Shown here: positions 26,650 to 39,916 of the stretch, piece by piece | Layout: each line of letters opens with the position of its first letter | Numbering within the stretch: position 1 is the first letter of the stretch | Assembly (NCBI GenBank): GCA_964187785.1 | Contig: OZ076409.1 | Span: 44,208,001-44,272,000, forward strand | DNA length: 64,000 nt | Direction of reading: 5' to 3' | DNA from: Amphiscolops sp. MND2022 | Lineage: Eukaryota | Program-made: the position numbers and the translations under genes | Notes under the pieces: generated by a model | What the model saw: only the letters and a program-made list of their open reading frames with translations | Database searches by the model: none | Told to the model about the DNA's origin: nothing

Positions 26650-27880
26650 GCTCTTACTTCCATAGCGACCGTTTGGAAAAAATTTACCATTTTATTGTCA
26701 TTTGGCAAAATTTCTCAAATGTACGTGTTTCAGCCTCGGTGGCAATGGTTGCCTCCGAGGTTGGATAAGGAGCCTTGATTCAGGTGAATGGATGTAAGAG
26801 CATCCACAACCGTGATTCCACACGAGGTGTTTAACTATTTCCCAAGAAATCATGACAACACCAACCGGTTAGCCATCACTCCGGACAGTCCACACAATTC
26901 GAGTTTTGCTATTCAAACCTGCACTAGAGTTGTTGGTGAACGACAAGAGAGCCTTGTGCACGAAGAAATTCGAGGTTAAAAAACAGTCGATATCTGTGGG
27001 GTCCTAAACGCAGCAAAATTTCTTCTGCGGTCTGCGGATGTTTCAGCTTGAGGGACACGTAGTGGTCGACTGTGAAATATGCAATCTTAATGTCGCCTAC
27101 TGTCGTCCTGAATCCGGCCTTAACATTACTTTCGTCTAAGTGCATTCGTCGATTTGAGTCGCTTTCCTGTCGCGGGTCGGTTTTTTCTCAAGGACACCAT
27201 CCCGACTACGCTTCTTCATAATTGCTCTGAGTGAGGATCCCTAGCGCTTACCATCTCGGGGTTTCCCGAAATACAACTTTAGGAGAAAAGTATTACCCAC
27301 AACAAGACAACATATGACGGGGTTTCACAAATACCAAAAAATTTGGGTGTCAAGTTTTATCTAGGGTGATTCGTGAATTTTTAGGACCTCTTTTTACGTC
27401 AACAACGCCTAAATTGAAAAAGGTGTCTGGTGGCATCCCACACCAGCTGTTTTACCCAATTACTAAGGACTCGTGGTAACACCGTCTGGGTGTTGGTCAT
27501 TAGTTCGGTATAGTCCACGCGGCCCGAGAATTTATGGCAATCTTGAACGCCTGCTTGTTGAGAAAAGTGAGTGTAGCATGACGTGCGAAGCAACCAGAAC
27601 TCTTGGTGTAAAAAAATCATGTGAACCGTATTGTTCGACTCTTTTACCACAGCGGCACGTATATGCAAACAGATGTCGGCTCCGAGAGAACAACCAACCG
27701 AAGTTCCATTACATCTTCCAGTTCATTAAGTTCCTTCTCTAAAACGTTTGTCTGCGATTTCGGGCCGAGCAGTAAACGAAAAATGAATAGTTCGTCTTTC
27801 GTTGGGTTTTTGAACACGGGGCAGATTTTTAGAAAAGTTACTACAAGTATCATTCGTTGTTTTTAATTGATATCACCGAA
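26650..27880 (-). mobile_element. Decayed CRE-like retroposon 5' fragment
   Basis: SNVKAGFRTTVGD, LKLKHP; paralogous to 28100-29100. Confidence 0.55.
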
Positions 27881-28099
27881 GAAAAACTTGCTTTTCGTGG
27901 GTTTACGTTCGACTCCCACCGCTTTTTTGCGTCAAACCGTTCGTTTGAGATCTTTCAGAACAGTTTCGTTATCATCGCTCAAACTTCCTCCTTCGAGGTA
28001 CCCTCAGGTTGTTTTTGACTCCAAACTGTCAATCAGACCCTGAATGGAATCCGAGAAAAACGCCAGTCACTCAGGATCTTCTTACTGGGTCCCCTCACA

Positions 28100-29100
28100 A
28101 GATTTGACTATAAAATCACCGTAAAAAGGAGAATTGGATGACTGTACACCGCAAGTGAGTGCTTATCACCTTCAGGGTGTACACAGAAAGTTTTCTCGAG
28201 TATGAATTGTCAGTTTATTAAATAGCAAGCGATTTCGAAGTCACTTTTCAAAAAACCCTTTTCTTTAGGCTGCGAGATTTCTTCCAGACAACTGAAAACA
28301 TGTTAGGCCAAATCAGCGCTCTTTTTGTTCCTACACTTGCTTGTCGACTTCGATATTTTGCTTGACGTGATTCCGAGACATTCCGAGACAGATTGCGGAC
28401 AACCGGCGGAAAGTATTGCCTGTCGGACGAAGTCCTCCATCGGGTTTCTTTAGCGTACTTAATTCCGAATCAGAGGTACTTTTTCTTCGAGGATCACATT
28501 CACAAGATTTGTTAAGGTTGTTGAAATTCGGTTCAAATTGTCCGTTTGACTTGGCAGTCAAAATCTTTCAAAATTGTGGCGAAATGCTAAACAAACCTGC
28601 ACTAGACGTTTCAACTTGAGAGGCGCGTATTTGTCGACCGTGAAATCTGCAATCCTATAGTTGCCAACTGATATTCGGATTCCGGCCCTAACATTATCTT
28701 GGGCTGAGTTAGTGCAAAAGGAACGCATTTGTCGATCTAACTCGCTTTTCTGTTGCGGTTCTCGGTTTTTTCCAATGCAACCATCCAAATACGCTTGTTC
28801 ATAATTGCTCTGAGTGATGACCTCTGACGTTTACCTTCTCGGGTGTTCACAAAAAATCACTTTGAGAGGAAAGCAATAAGCATCACGAGGCAATATTTGT
28901 CGGGATTGCACAAACACCAATAGTTTTGGGTGTCAATTTTCGGCTTGGGGGATCCGTGATTTGTAGGAACTCTTTTCAAGTGAACAACACATGAATTTAA
29001 AAAGGAGTCTGGTCTAAATTTATCATTATGACCTTGAGGGCCAGTGATCACTGAAGCGCACCTGGAACATTTATGTTCGGCAAAACTCCGGGCATCCATT
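28100..29100 (-). mobile_element. Decayed CRE-like retroposon fragment (RT N-terminus)
   Basis: HLKRVP, DNVRAGIRISVG, LKKPDGGLRPTGNTFRRLSA. Confidence 0.7.
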
Positions 29101-30054
29101 CTTGATAAACTGGATCCATCCAGTACAAAACCTGCAATATACCAACTCTATCTAATTTCAGGCTTCAAAAACGTCAGAGCGTTGAAGGTTTCGTTGTTTT
29201 TTTGTCAAAACTCAACCCTGAAAACAAATCAATTGCAGGAATACCCCTATTGTGTGTGTTGCAATCTTCCCGAAAACAACCACCACTGTGAAACAATCAT
29301 TACAAGAAACAAATCCTGGAATTGATAAAATGAAATATAAATGGAAATGTCTCACCGGTGTGTAATCGTTCTTTCAGCCAAGTGTAGCGAAAAACCAACA
29401 AAACAGCGTAAGAAATGTCAACTTATCTCAAATTCAAATTGTTATCATCTCTGGAGCTATTCAATTCTGGTACAAAGTTGTTATGAAACTAGCTGCTTTC
29501 ACCTCAAGAAGACTGTACACAAAGTTTTTTATAAGCGATGTATTATAAGTCTAGAATTTGTAAAGAAAGATGTTTTTAGGCAATATGTAATATCTAGAAT
29601 TGTAAATTACCTTTGGCAACCGCTAAGTAATCCCAACTTCGAGTAAATTTTTATAACTGAGTTTAACACAGCATGAGTACTTCTACCCCATCGAAGTGAT
29701 CTGGGGATTTGTAATCAACTCGTTTGTCATCAAAATCGACTTTGTATTTGATTTTTTTCTGTTTCATAATGTACGTTGCTACATGCACATGTAGAACAAT
29801 GTAGTCTGGAACATCTAGTCTAGAACAAAGTAAGCTAAGCAACGTTGAAGCTAAGCATTTCTTGAGCAGATTGTAGGGCGGCTAAATTTCAATTTAGTTC
29901 GAGCATTCCTTAAGCAAGCTAGGCTAGAGTCAGTCCTAATTGGCTCATTAGAGAACTGGGTGTAATTCCGGGCCACCAACTGGAGAATGGTATGTATTTT
30001 TGGTAAGTATTATAAAATCCTCAAATTGCGGGCGGATGACTTTCGAATAGTTTG

Positions 30055-30683
30055 TTAGTCGGCGCTTTTCTAGGGAAAAGTGCCCGACTCTTACAGTGGC
30101 TAGTTTTTTTTCTTTTTTTTTTATTCGTCAGACTACAATCTCACTCTGATTGGGCCAGTTTTCTTACAATCGAAACTACTAAAACTACTAGCATAAGAGG
30201 CCAAGTCCGGTCAGCGGAAATTAGTGCAAAAGGGTCCCCCCTTTCATTTTTTACCTTTTTTACGTAACCTACAAAACCGGAAGAGACCAAAGGGTCCCCC
30301 CTTTCAATTTTTTTCGGCACTGTGCGAAATTTTTTTCGAAAATATTTTAAGGTCTCAAAAGAGTCCCCCCTTCGAGTTTTTTGATATTTTGCAACAAAAT
30401 GTATGTTAATAAATCCCAAAGGGTCCCCCCTTTTCATTTTTCGGCACTATGCGACATTTTCGAAGTTTTTTCAAAAAAAAATTTTCCAAAAAATTTTCAA
30501 ATTTTATTTTGTTCCGAGTCGGGAAACAGTGATTTTCCAGTCATATAGAGCATGAAAGGCACACTTTGGGTGTCTCCAAAGTGTTTTCAAAGCTTTTCAT
30601 GAATACGTCCTGAGCATATTTAGAAAACTTTGCGCTTCTTGAGCCTTAGATATAGCGCCGACTTCGGACGTTCCCGTCTTGTT
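30055..30683 (+). mobile_element. HINE-like element, divergent subfamily
   Basis: TTAGTCGGCGC ... GCGCCGACTTCGGACGTTCCCGTCTTGTT. Confidence 0.7.
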
Positions 30684-31140
30684 AACGTTGGTAAATGCTA
30701 AGTTAGACTTTCAAGGTACGAAATTTTTTCTTCAATTTTTTCTCCTCTCAGGTGACATATCGTCGTCCATATTCGATTGCCGTTTACGTTATCACTTAAA
30801 GGGGCGGAGATGAAACACACCCGTCGTCTGCCAACGAAAGGAAACGAATAAAATGATGAAGCACTACTACTATTCATGCCAGCTACTATCCCAGTTGACC
30901 TACAAAACCAAAATAATGAAAACAGACCTTTGAAAAAAATGACCACTCAGGCTGATTGTCAAATTGGAAAGATTGAAAGCAGTCTCAACAAACAGTACTA
31001 CATCTAAAAAATGTCTTGAAAAGAGTCTCTGTCGCACACTGTTCCTAGAACACATGTCGCATCGCAGATTTGTAGAGCTTTTGACATGGGTTGCTTCGCT
31101 TACGTACCAGTTGAAGAATGTTAGGTGAGTATTTGCGATG

Positions 31141-34100
31141 TGTGATAATCCTCTTCTGAAGCTATTATTTCGCCTTCTAAGTTCAGTTCGTTTTGGTACA
31201 ATGATTTGGCTGGATGTCTTAAGACTTTCATTTTTGAAGCTCTGAGAGGATTATCGTTGTTTTCTGATTCTGGATTTTTGTTATTAGATGCGCGAACTCC
31301 TATAGACCTCTCATTTTTGGATCCCGAATGTCTTTTTCAATATCACTTGTCTCCTGTTTCTTCTTTTCCCATCTATGCTCAACAGAAAATAGGTTATGGC
31401 TTTTTGGGGAAGAATTTGAATTGTCTTGAAGTATTCCAAATTCCAAAAGATGTTCCAAAGAAACGGTACAAAATGTGGTTTTCTGTTTTTTTTTGTGTTT
31501 GATTATTTGGTTTTCGGGTTTCTTTTTGGGTTTCTGTAGTAACTAAATCATTATCATGTGTTTGTTGGGTGATTTAAACGACATATTTTGTGTTGGGTTC
31601 AGTGGGTTGATCCACTGGGCTCCCCACCACTGTTTTTTGAAATGATGAAGGTGAGAGGGTGGTTGTTTTTGCGTGAAACAGTAGTGGATACGAGTTCTTT
31701 TTTCCCAGTTTTTCCATTGCTATAGCAATTTGATTGACTGGATCGAGTGGTCTTGTTGTCGAATTTGACAAACTTTGGTCTACGTGGGATCCTATTGTGT
31801 CGTTTGGGTTTTGGGAACTTTGTCTATGGAGTTGTCAGTTGGCTCCTGTCACCATGTGATAATCCTCTACTATATCAGACTCTTCGTCTGAATTTATAGT
31901 TACGTCTACATCAGATCTGCTCTGGAATAGCGGTTTTGCAGGATGCTTTAGGTCTTTCATTTTTGAAGCTCTGAGAGGATTATCGTCGTTTTCTGATTCT
32001 GGATTTTTGTTATTAGATGCGCGAAGTCCTATAGACATCTCATTTTTGGATCCCGAATGTCTTTTTCAATATCACTTGTCTCCTGTTTCTTCTTTTCCCA
32101 TCTTTGCTCAACAGAAAATAGGTTCTGGCTTTTTGGGGAAGAATTTGAATTGTCTTGAAGTATTCCAAATTCCAAAAGATGTTCCAAAGAAACGGTACAA
32201 ATGTTGAAAGAAACTGCTTTTACAGTTTAGTTAGAGTTATGATTATAGCAACTGATCACGTTGAGGGTCAAAATTGGTATGAATTTCTATGCTAAAGTTA
32301 TTTTACTTCAGAAAATTGGGAGCATGACACTCCTTTTTACAGGAATCACGCTAGCCTGGGAAACAAAAAAAGAATCGCATCATCATTACGTCAGGGTATT
32401 TATATCGCACTCAAAACTGATGAATAGGTCCAATAAAACCCTGGAAAACTTCATTAGAGATTGTCAAGCGCGTACTCGGAAATATAATTGAAATGTATAA
32501 CGTCACAGCACATTTTGAATGGTTATCTTGCTAAAAACGCATACTGACGCAAACTCATCTTTATTCGATCCGCATACTGCCGCATACTCTTCATCTGTAA
32601 TCCGCATACTGCCGCATACTCTTCATCGGTAATCCGCATACTGCCGCATACTCGTCTTTACTCGATCCGCATACTGCCGTATAGTCGTCACACCTCGATC
32701 CGCATAGTAACGTATAGTCGTCACATCTCGATCCGCATAGTGACGTATAATTTGTTCAAGTTCCACATATTTGCATAAATTTAGCTCTCACAAACTGTGT
32801 GAACAAGAATTATGTGTCAGATCAGTATTTAGTGATGAATGAAATTTACGCTTCTAATACTTCAAATGTATAATAATGTAAAAAAGAACTCAGTTTGAAA
32901 TAAGGACAACAAATATGAAATTACATGACTAAGTTATGATGTTAGGGGGATTAGTTTATAGTCCTTGTTGAACAAGTAAAGTTGATAATCTGCTAAAAAC
33001 CGGGTTTAGCAGTTTCTAGTTTCCTTACGAATTGCCCCATGGCTCCAACACAACAGTGGGGTTGTGACAGTCCCGTACTTTCAAAGGAAAATAGAGCTGC
33101 AACAAACCCGTCGACCGAGGATCTGGACCTTCCATTCATGTCCCAGACTGTCGCCCCGTCGTAGGTAGTTGAGATGGGACGTTTGCCACAGTGCTTCCAT
33201 TCTTTTACAAGGGTCCCGCACTTGAAAAGTGCGTTATTAGTTCGATTCCTTTTGATTCTTTATTGCAGTATAGTATTGAAGTAAATTATTATTATTATGT
33301 GGAAATTTTTCAATTCTGAGGAAATCCAGCTGAGCTTGAAAATTCAAGAAGAAATTTATCGTCGTGGGGTTACAAATCACCGAAGAAGACATCACTTGCG
33401 GTGTTCGGATCGGTTTCGGTTGGGTCATTTCCAATTTTGACAATTTTCTGTCATAAATTTTCGTTTGCCCGGTTTTTTGAAGTGTTTGGTTTTTTGACTA
33501 GTCATTGATTTTAATGCTAAGCTGGCCAGGCTAGCATTGGAGATGTCCTAATTTGATACAAACGACATCCTGGTTTCTTTTGGAGTATTTTCATACTCCC
33601 GACTTTAATTTGAAGCATTTTTCAACGCTTCGGGATTCTTGTGGAAGCACTTTCCAATACTTGCGGTATGAAGTAATTTCAGGCTTCCGAATTTCATTTG
33701 TCATTTCTGTTTTTGCACAAGAAATGAACTAATTTTGTTTCAGTTGAACTCGGTTGAGGTATCGTCAGGACGTTCTCCCACTAGATTTTTTGCTCTTTTT
33801 ACAAACTGTATCAAAAAATCCACATTTTATTGAGTCCGACATATTGTTTCATCTAATCCGTCAAAACGAAGCAAGGAAAGTCAGAGAAGTTGAATTTGTG
33901 TCAGAGTTGTTTTTCAAGTTGTAGAAGTTTGAGAACGTTGGGTTGGAATTAGGGCGTAAATCCTATTTGTGACGTGTTTTTTATGGGTTCTTGTTGCGAT
34001 GGTTAAGTTTGTGGTTTTCTGTTTTTTTGTGTTTTTTTATTTGGTTTTCGGGTTTCTTTTTGGGTTTCTGAAGTAACTAAATCATTATCATGTGTTTGGT

Positions 34101-35603
34101 GGGTGATTTAAACGACATATTTTGTGTTGGGTTCAGTGGGTTGATCCACTGGGCTCCCCACCACTGTTTTTTGAAATGATGAAGGTGAGAGGGTGGTTGT
34201 TTGTGCGTGAAACAGTAGTGGATACGAATTCTTTTTTCCCAGTTTTTCCATTGCTATAGCAATTTGATTGACTGGATCGAGTGGTCTTGTTGTCGAATTT
34301 GACAAACTTTGGTCTACGTGGGATCCTATTGTGTCGTTTGGGTTTTGGGAACTTTGTCTATGGAGTTGTCAGTTGGCTCCTGTCACCATGTGATAATCCT
34401 CTACTATATCAGACTCTTCGTCTGAATTTATAGTTACGTCTACATCAGATCTGCTCTGGAATAGCGGTTTTGCAGGATGCTTTAGGTCTTTCATTTTTGA
34501 AGCTCTGAGAGGATTATCGTCGTTTTCTGATTCTGGATTTTTGTTATTAGATGCGCGAAGTCCTATAGACATCTCATTTTTGGATCCCAAATGTCTTTTT
34601 CAATATCACTTGTGTCCTGTTTCTCCTTTTCCCATCTTTGCTCAACAGAAAATAGGTTCTGGCTTTTTGGGGAAGAATTTGAATTGTCTTGAAGTATTCC
34701 AAATTCCAAAAGATGTTCCAAAGAAACTTTACAAATGTTGAAAGAAACTGCTTTTACAGTTTAGTTAGAGTTATGATTATAGCAACTGATCACGTTGAGG
34801 GTCAAAATTGGTATGAATATCTATGCTAAAGTTATTTTACTTCAGAAAATTGGGAGCATGACACTCCTTTTTACAGGAATCACGCTAGCCTGGGAAGCAA
34901 AAAAAGAATAGCATCATCATTACGTCAGGGTATTTATATCGCACTCAAAACTGATGAATAGGTCCAATAAAACCCTGGAAAACTTCATTAGAGATTGTCA
35001 AGCGCGTACTCGGAAATATAATTGAAATGTATAACGTCACAGCACATTTTGAATGGTTATCTTGCTAAAAACGCATACTGACGCAAACTCGTCTTTATTC
35101 GATCCGCATACTGCCGCATACTCTTCATCTGTAATCCGCATACTGCCGCATACTCTTCATCTGTAATCCGCATACTGCCGCATACTCGTCTTTACTCGAT
35201 CCGCATACTGCCGTATAGTCGTCACACCTCGATCCGCATAGTAACGTATAGTCGTCACATCTCGATCCGCATAGTGACGTATAATTTGTTCAAGTTCCAC
35301 ATATTTGCATAAATTTAGCTCTCACAAACTGTGTGAACAAGAATTATGTGTCAGATCAGTATTTAGGGCTGAATGAAATTTACGCTTCTAATACTTCAAA
35401 TGTATAATAATGTGAAACAGAACTCAGTTTGAAATAAGGACAACAAATATGAAATTACATGACTAAGTTATGATGTTAGGGGGATTAGTTTATAGTCCTT
35501 GTTGAACAAGTAAAGTTGATAATCTGCTAAAAACCGGGTTTGGCAGTTTCTAGTTTCCTTACGAATTGCCCCATGGCTCCAACACAACAGTGGGGTTGTG
35601 ACA
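31141..35603 (-). mobile_element. Non-autonomous tandem LTR element: 1215 bp LTRs at 34389-35603 and 31855-33069 plus a partial LTR at 31141-31474
   Basis: TG...CA LTRs; PBS-like TGGTGACAGGAGCC after both full LTRs; 5 bp TSD CGATG (31136-40, 35604-08); no RT seen inside. Confidence 0.85.
32540..32750. repeat. ~31 bp degenerate tandem repeat inside the LTR (also 35070-35285)
   Basis: ATCCGCATACTGCCGCATACTC... units. Confidence 0.85.
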
Positions 35604-35608
35604 CGATG

Positions 35609-37508
35609 TAAACCTCAATTTGTTCGACGATTTCAAAACCCGACAGTTCACAACCATATGACAAAATAACGAAAATGTCTAGGTAACAGAAACGGCCAAA
35701 CGTTGAATGAAAGTATCATCATTTGTTTTATCTTTAACTTTCCTAACCTTACCTGGAAAGAGAATCGTATACTTAGTTTTTTCATATTCGATTACATCCT
35801 ATTCAATTCAGAATACCTAATAGTTTCATCACAAGCTTTCTGCATGTCACCCAACATTTTTGCTGAAATGTTTAATGTCGTCGGCGTACAGTAGTACAAA
35901 CATTTGCTGGAAAGTTCTTGTTTCTTCCTGGTGATTTGAATCAAAAAAAAGTTTCCACCAGCAATCTGGTCAGCTACATAATTGTAAAAGTCTTTCAGAA
36001 TCTTTTAAAGAGCAATGGTGACAGTGAATCACCTTGTCTCACCACTATCACACAGTCAAAGACATATTTCTGTAAATACCTCATTGACTCTGACACACGC
36101 CTTCGTTTTCTCGTATAGGTTCCTGATTACTTGATGCACATTGCCGTTAACGTAAAAGGCATGTAGTTTATGCCACAGTATTGAGTGGTTTATCCTGTCA
36201 AAAGCTGTTCAGCAATTAATGAAAGTGAACAAACGTCTTTCAAACAATCGAGTATAATTGAAAAGCAGTGTCTTTTCAGCTGGAGTTCTTACTGGACCCA
36301 TGATAACGCTACAATCAAGATCACAATATATCCGCTTTGATAGTTGAGAGGTAAACTGTTTGCACAGACAGCTCGCTATAAAACATTTTGTTGAAAAAAA
36401 ATATGAAGAAACAACTTAAGAAGTATGATGAGTTGAATGAACTTTCGTTGAGTTGGCATAGCTTTTGTCAGGTTAGGGAATTAAAGCCCTTGAAATTTGT
36501 GGGTTTGAGTTTGAAAGAACAGTTCAACTTGGGTTTGAACTTAAGGCCACACCTGTCCAAGGGTTTGAGTTTGAGTTTGACTGAATATCCAATGGTTTCG
36601 CCGTTTACTTCTTTTGAAGAACAACAAGTTTGAAAGGTTTCAAATTTGAAATCAAACCAACTTGTTCAAAGAAGCGTATAAACAGTTACAAGTTATATCA
36701 ACAAACACTTTTTTCGAAAAGCAACGTTAAGATCCTGATTGGTTGAAGACAAACGGTTTTGCAGGAAATTCTGCGGCGAAACAACAAGCTCTGTAGCTTC
36801 GACGTAGGCTTGATTTTTTAACCAAAGTTTTACAATCAAACTCCACAGTTAATTCCGTGGCAACAAATGAAAAAATGCGACCAGCGGAGTTATAATTGTT
36901 TTCACGAGAGAAAGCCTGGACAATTTGACAATGCAAAGTCTTGAAAGTGTCGTAAATGTCTTCATGTTTATATGATTGCTTGCAATAACTTTAACAATCC
37001 AGTCATCCTGCTTAAAAGTATTTCTTAATTGGCGAATTGAAAGCTGGTTGTTTGGAAGTCAAATGCTGGAAAAACTTAAATACCCTGTCATTGCCGCTCC
37101 TGTCCCTTGATTCTGCAAGTATTTCGGTACAATATTGTCAGACTGATTTCAAATCTAAAAACCGCCCTGGTCTTGATTAAACTGAACTGCATTTGGCTTA
37201 ATTCTCTGTTATATTTCGAAGCTCCGATGACTATGCGATGCGGACTATTTCAGTTCGGTATCATTTAAAAATACTTTGTATCAGTGTTCAAATAAGAAAA
37301 ATCATTGGTCAAATAAGAAACTCACCTCGTCTAAAACTATTGGTTATTCCGAACGAATAATGTTGGCGATGTGTCCCACTTTCTGTGAAATTGAATCAAA
37401 GAACATTTTACGAAGGCTTGGCAAAACAAAGACGGATTTTAACAGAACTCCAACTGCGCTCATATCGTTAATGAAACCAATGACCGTTAGAAAAGCGCTC
37501 TCTGAAGC
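35609..37508 (-). mobile_element. Old decayed LINE ORF2 (RT), host of the nested LTR insertions; probably continues at 55635-56700 and 30960-31135
   Basis: Minus-strand RQGDSLSPLLF (~36010-36040), LLYADD (~35877-35895), AFDRINHSILWHKL (~36165-36210). Confidence 0.7.
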
Positions 37509-39111
37509 ACCCATGTGATAATCGGTTTCCTGTCTGTTTTCGTTCATTTTAATTGTATCATCTATGGTCTCATTTACAACTCCAAAAGGAGTTGACGGCT
37601 GCCTTAGTTCATATATTTCTGAAGACTGAAAGCGATTATCGTGATTTGTGTCTTTATCGATTTCATTATTTGATGCGTGTTTTCTCCTGAGAGACTTGTT
37701 TTTTTTTGAATTTGAAGTAGTATGTCTATTGTTCTCAGCATCCTCTTCACCATTTGCTAAATTGCTGCCTCTATTTGTGCTGATTTCTTTGAGTATCTCT
37801 TCGAATTTACTATTCAGCTGTTGTTCAATTTGTGTCATTTTTTGGCTGTTTGGCTCAGACAATCTCTGGGTTATTGCCTTTATCTCATTACTGACTTGCG
37901 AAGTTTCTGTTAGTTCGCTACCTGTCAAAAATGTTATTACCATTTTCAGAAACATCAACTAAAATCGCATTACCTTGAGTGAATTATGTTTCTGAAGCAT
38001 TTTCGTCTCTGTCTGATTACTGAGATTCTACTCTCCTTGACGGTCTATTTCTCCTGTTTCCCATGATGAAATCAGTGCTGAGTGCGAAAATCTTTGAATT
38101 ACAAAGGTAATTGGGTGAAATGAAATCTAGATGTTGTCTTTACATTGAAAGAAAACTGCAGAGCTCAGGGAATGTGGGTTGTTTGTGAAATTGAGTCACT
38201 GCGCTGTATGTGTGTTTTTTGTTGAATGATCGTTCGAAAATGGTTTTTAAGGGTCTCTCCTCAAATGATTCCATTGGGTGAGATTTGTAGTAGCATGACC
38301 ATCAATTTTATCCAAATCAACTCAACGTCTTATTTCAAGCGTCAGAAGTTAAGAATACATCATTTCGTCATGCCCCTAGAAAGTGTAAATATAGCACTGC
38401 AATAACGGCGGATTAATGCGGCATAAAATGCAATTTATTCTGTTTGTTGTTATAATTCCGCATATACTGTCTAATGAAAAGAGCATATTGCAGTATAAAG
38501 GACTAGCGTCACCTTACAGATTTCCGTTATGCTGATCTCACTCTTAATCATCATACTGTTTTGCTGATGTTTCTGCATAGGCCACATAATACATCATAAT
38601 ATGCTGGCACCAGTGTGAGTGATCATTATGCTGTTTTCGATAAAGGTCATCATGCTGTTATGGTAGAATTTCCGCATACTATAACTTAGAGTGTATGCAT
38701 GACTTCACCTGCAGATGTTATGCTGTTTTTCAATGCAAATCGCATAATGCAGTATAATTTGTAAGCACAATGTATGTGACTTTGTTATGCTTCATCCTGA
38801 GTGTATCATTATACTGTTTTCAAGCGTTTTCCGCATAATTGCGGTATGTGTGTTCTATTACTACAAGGGAAATACAAATGCACCAAATGTGTCTTTATAT
38901 CGCTAATTTCTGCAATAAAACAAGGATTGGGTTCGTTTCGGGCAACGGTTTTGTTGCTCTTTTGTTGTTTTTAATTGATTCACGCACTTTTCCTTTTCCA
39001 AGGTTTTTAACAACAAGAAAGGCAACAAAGTTAACACAAAGAAGAACCTCAACATTTACAAATGCTATCAAAATCGTTGGCTCCTAATGACGACAAAGAA
39101 TACAATATTCA

Positions 39112-39884
39112 TGTAACGGCAAGCTCTGGTACAGCAATATCAACCGATTTTGCAACTTTGACATGTTCAGAAATTTTGTCAAAAATTCTAACCCGATGTG
39201 TGACGTGGCACTGAGCATGTGATTGCTCTTTTCGCTGTTTCCACGAAATTGGCAGGTACTTCGAATACAAAGAGCAAGAACGAGCAAAAATACGGGCGCG
39301 CCGCCATGACAGAAGCCAGAGACGGCAAGAACATCCAAAAATAGACTCTTTTTGAGGTGCTAACACCGGTTTTATCGATTTTCAGCATTATGCTACCCTA
39401 TGTAGCGGAAACCGTAAAAATGAGTCTTTTCGCCTAAAGATCCTTGTTTGGTGCTTGGAGCCCCTGCGCCCCAGCTTTTTAGCTGTGTGGTTTGCCATAT
39501 TCGTGCCTGTTTTCATGTATTTTCAGTGATTTTGGCTGTATTCAGTAGCGTTAGCGCTAGTTTAGATCTTATTCCCCAATTTTAGATCTTATTCACATGT
39601 CACCCTGGAACTGGAAATTTACCTTATTCTTGGCATTGTTTTTATATGCTAGTTAAGCGGTGGTCTTTAGAGAGTCAGAAAGATGCCCGTTACTATTAGC
39701 AATCAAAGACTAGGACCGGTTGGACAGTATTCGTCGAAGCACCCGCGACCCCGGGACGTATTTCACCCCTGGAGGCAAAATGGATCTGTGGCGATGGGCG
39801 CCTGTCCCGAGCGATTCACCCATTCCTGCAGGTTCCTCCACCTCTGTTAACGCGTTAAGCGACCAATAACTGCTTGCCGTTACA
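39112..39884 (+). repeat. 5' LTR
   Basis: 13 bp terminal inverted repeat TGTAACGGCAAGC...GCTTGCCGTTACA; about 9 substitutions against the 3' LTR by eye. Confidence 0.97.
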
Positions 39885-39899
39885 TGAGACCTCATTTTT

Positions 39900-39916
39900 T
39901 GGCGACCACAGAGGGA
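39900..39916 (+). promoter_or_regulatory. Primer-binding site, probably tRNA-Arg(TCG)
   Basis: TGGCGACCACAGAGGGA resembles the complement of the 3' end of animal tRNA-Arg-TCG (from recall). Confidence 0.65.
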
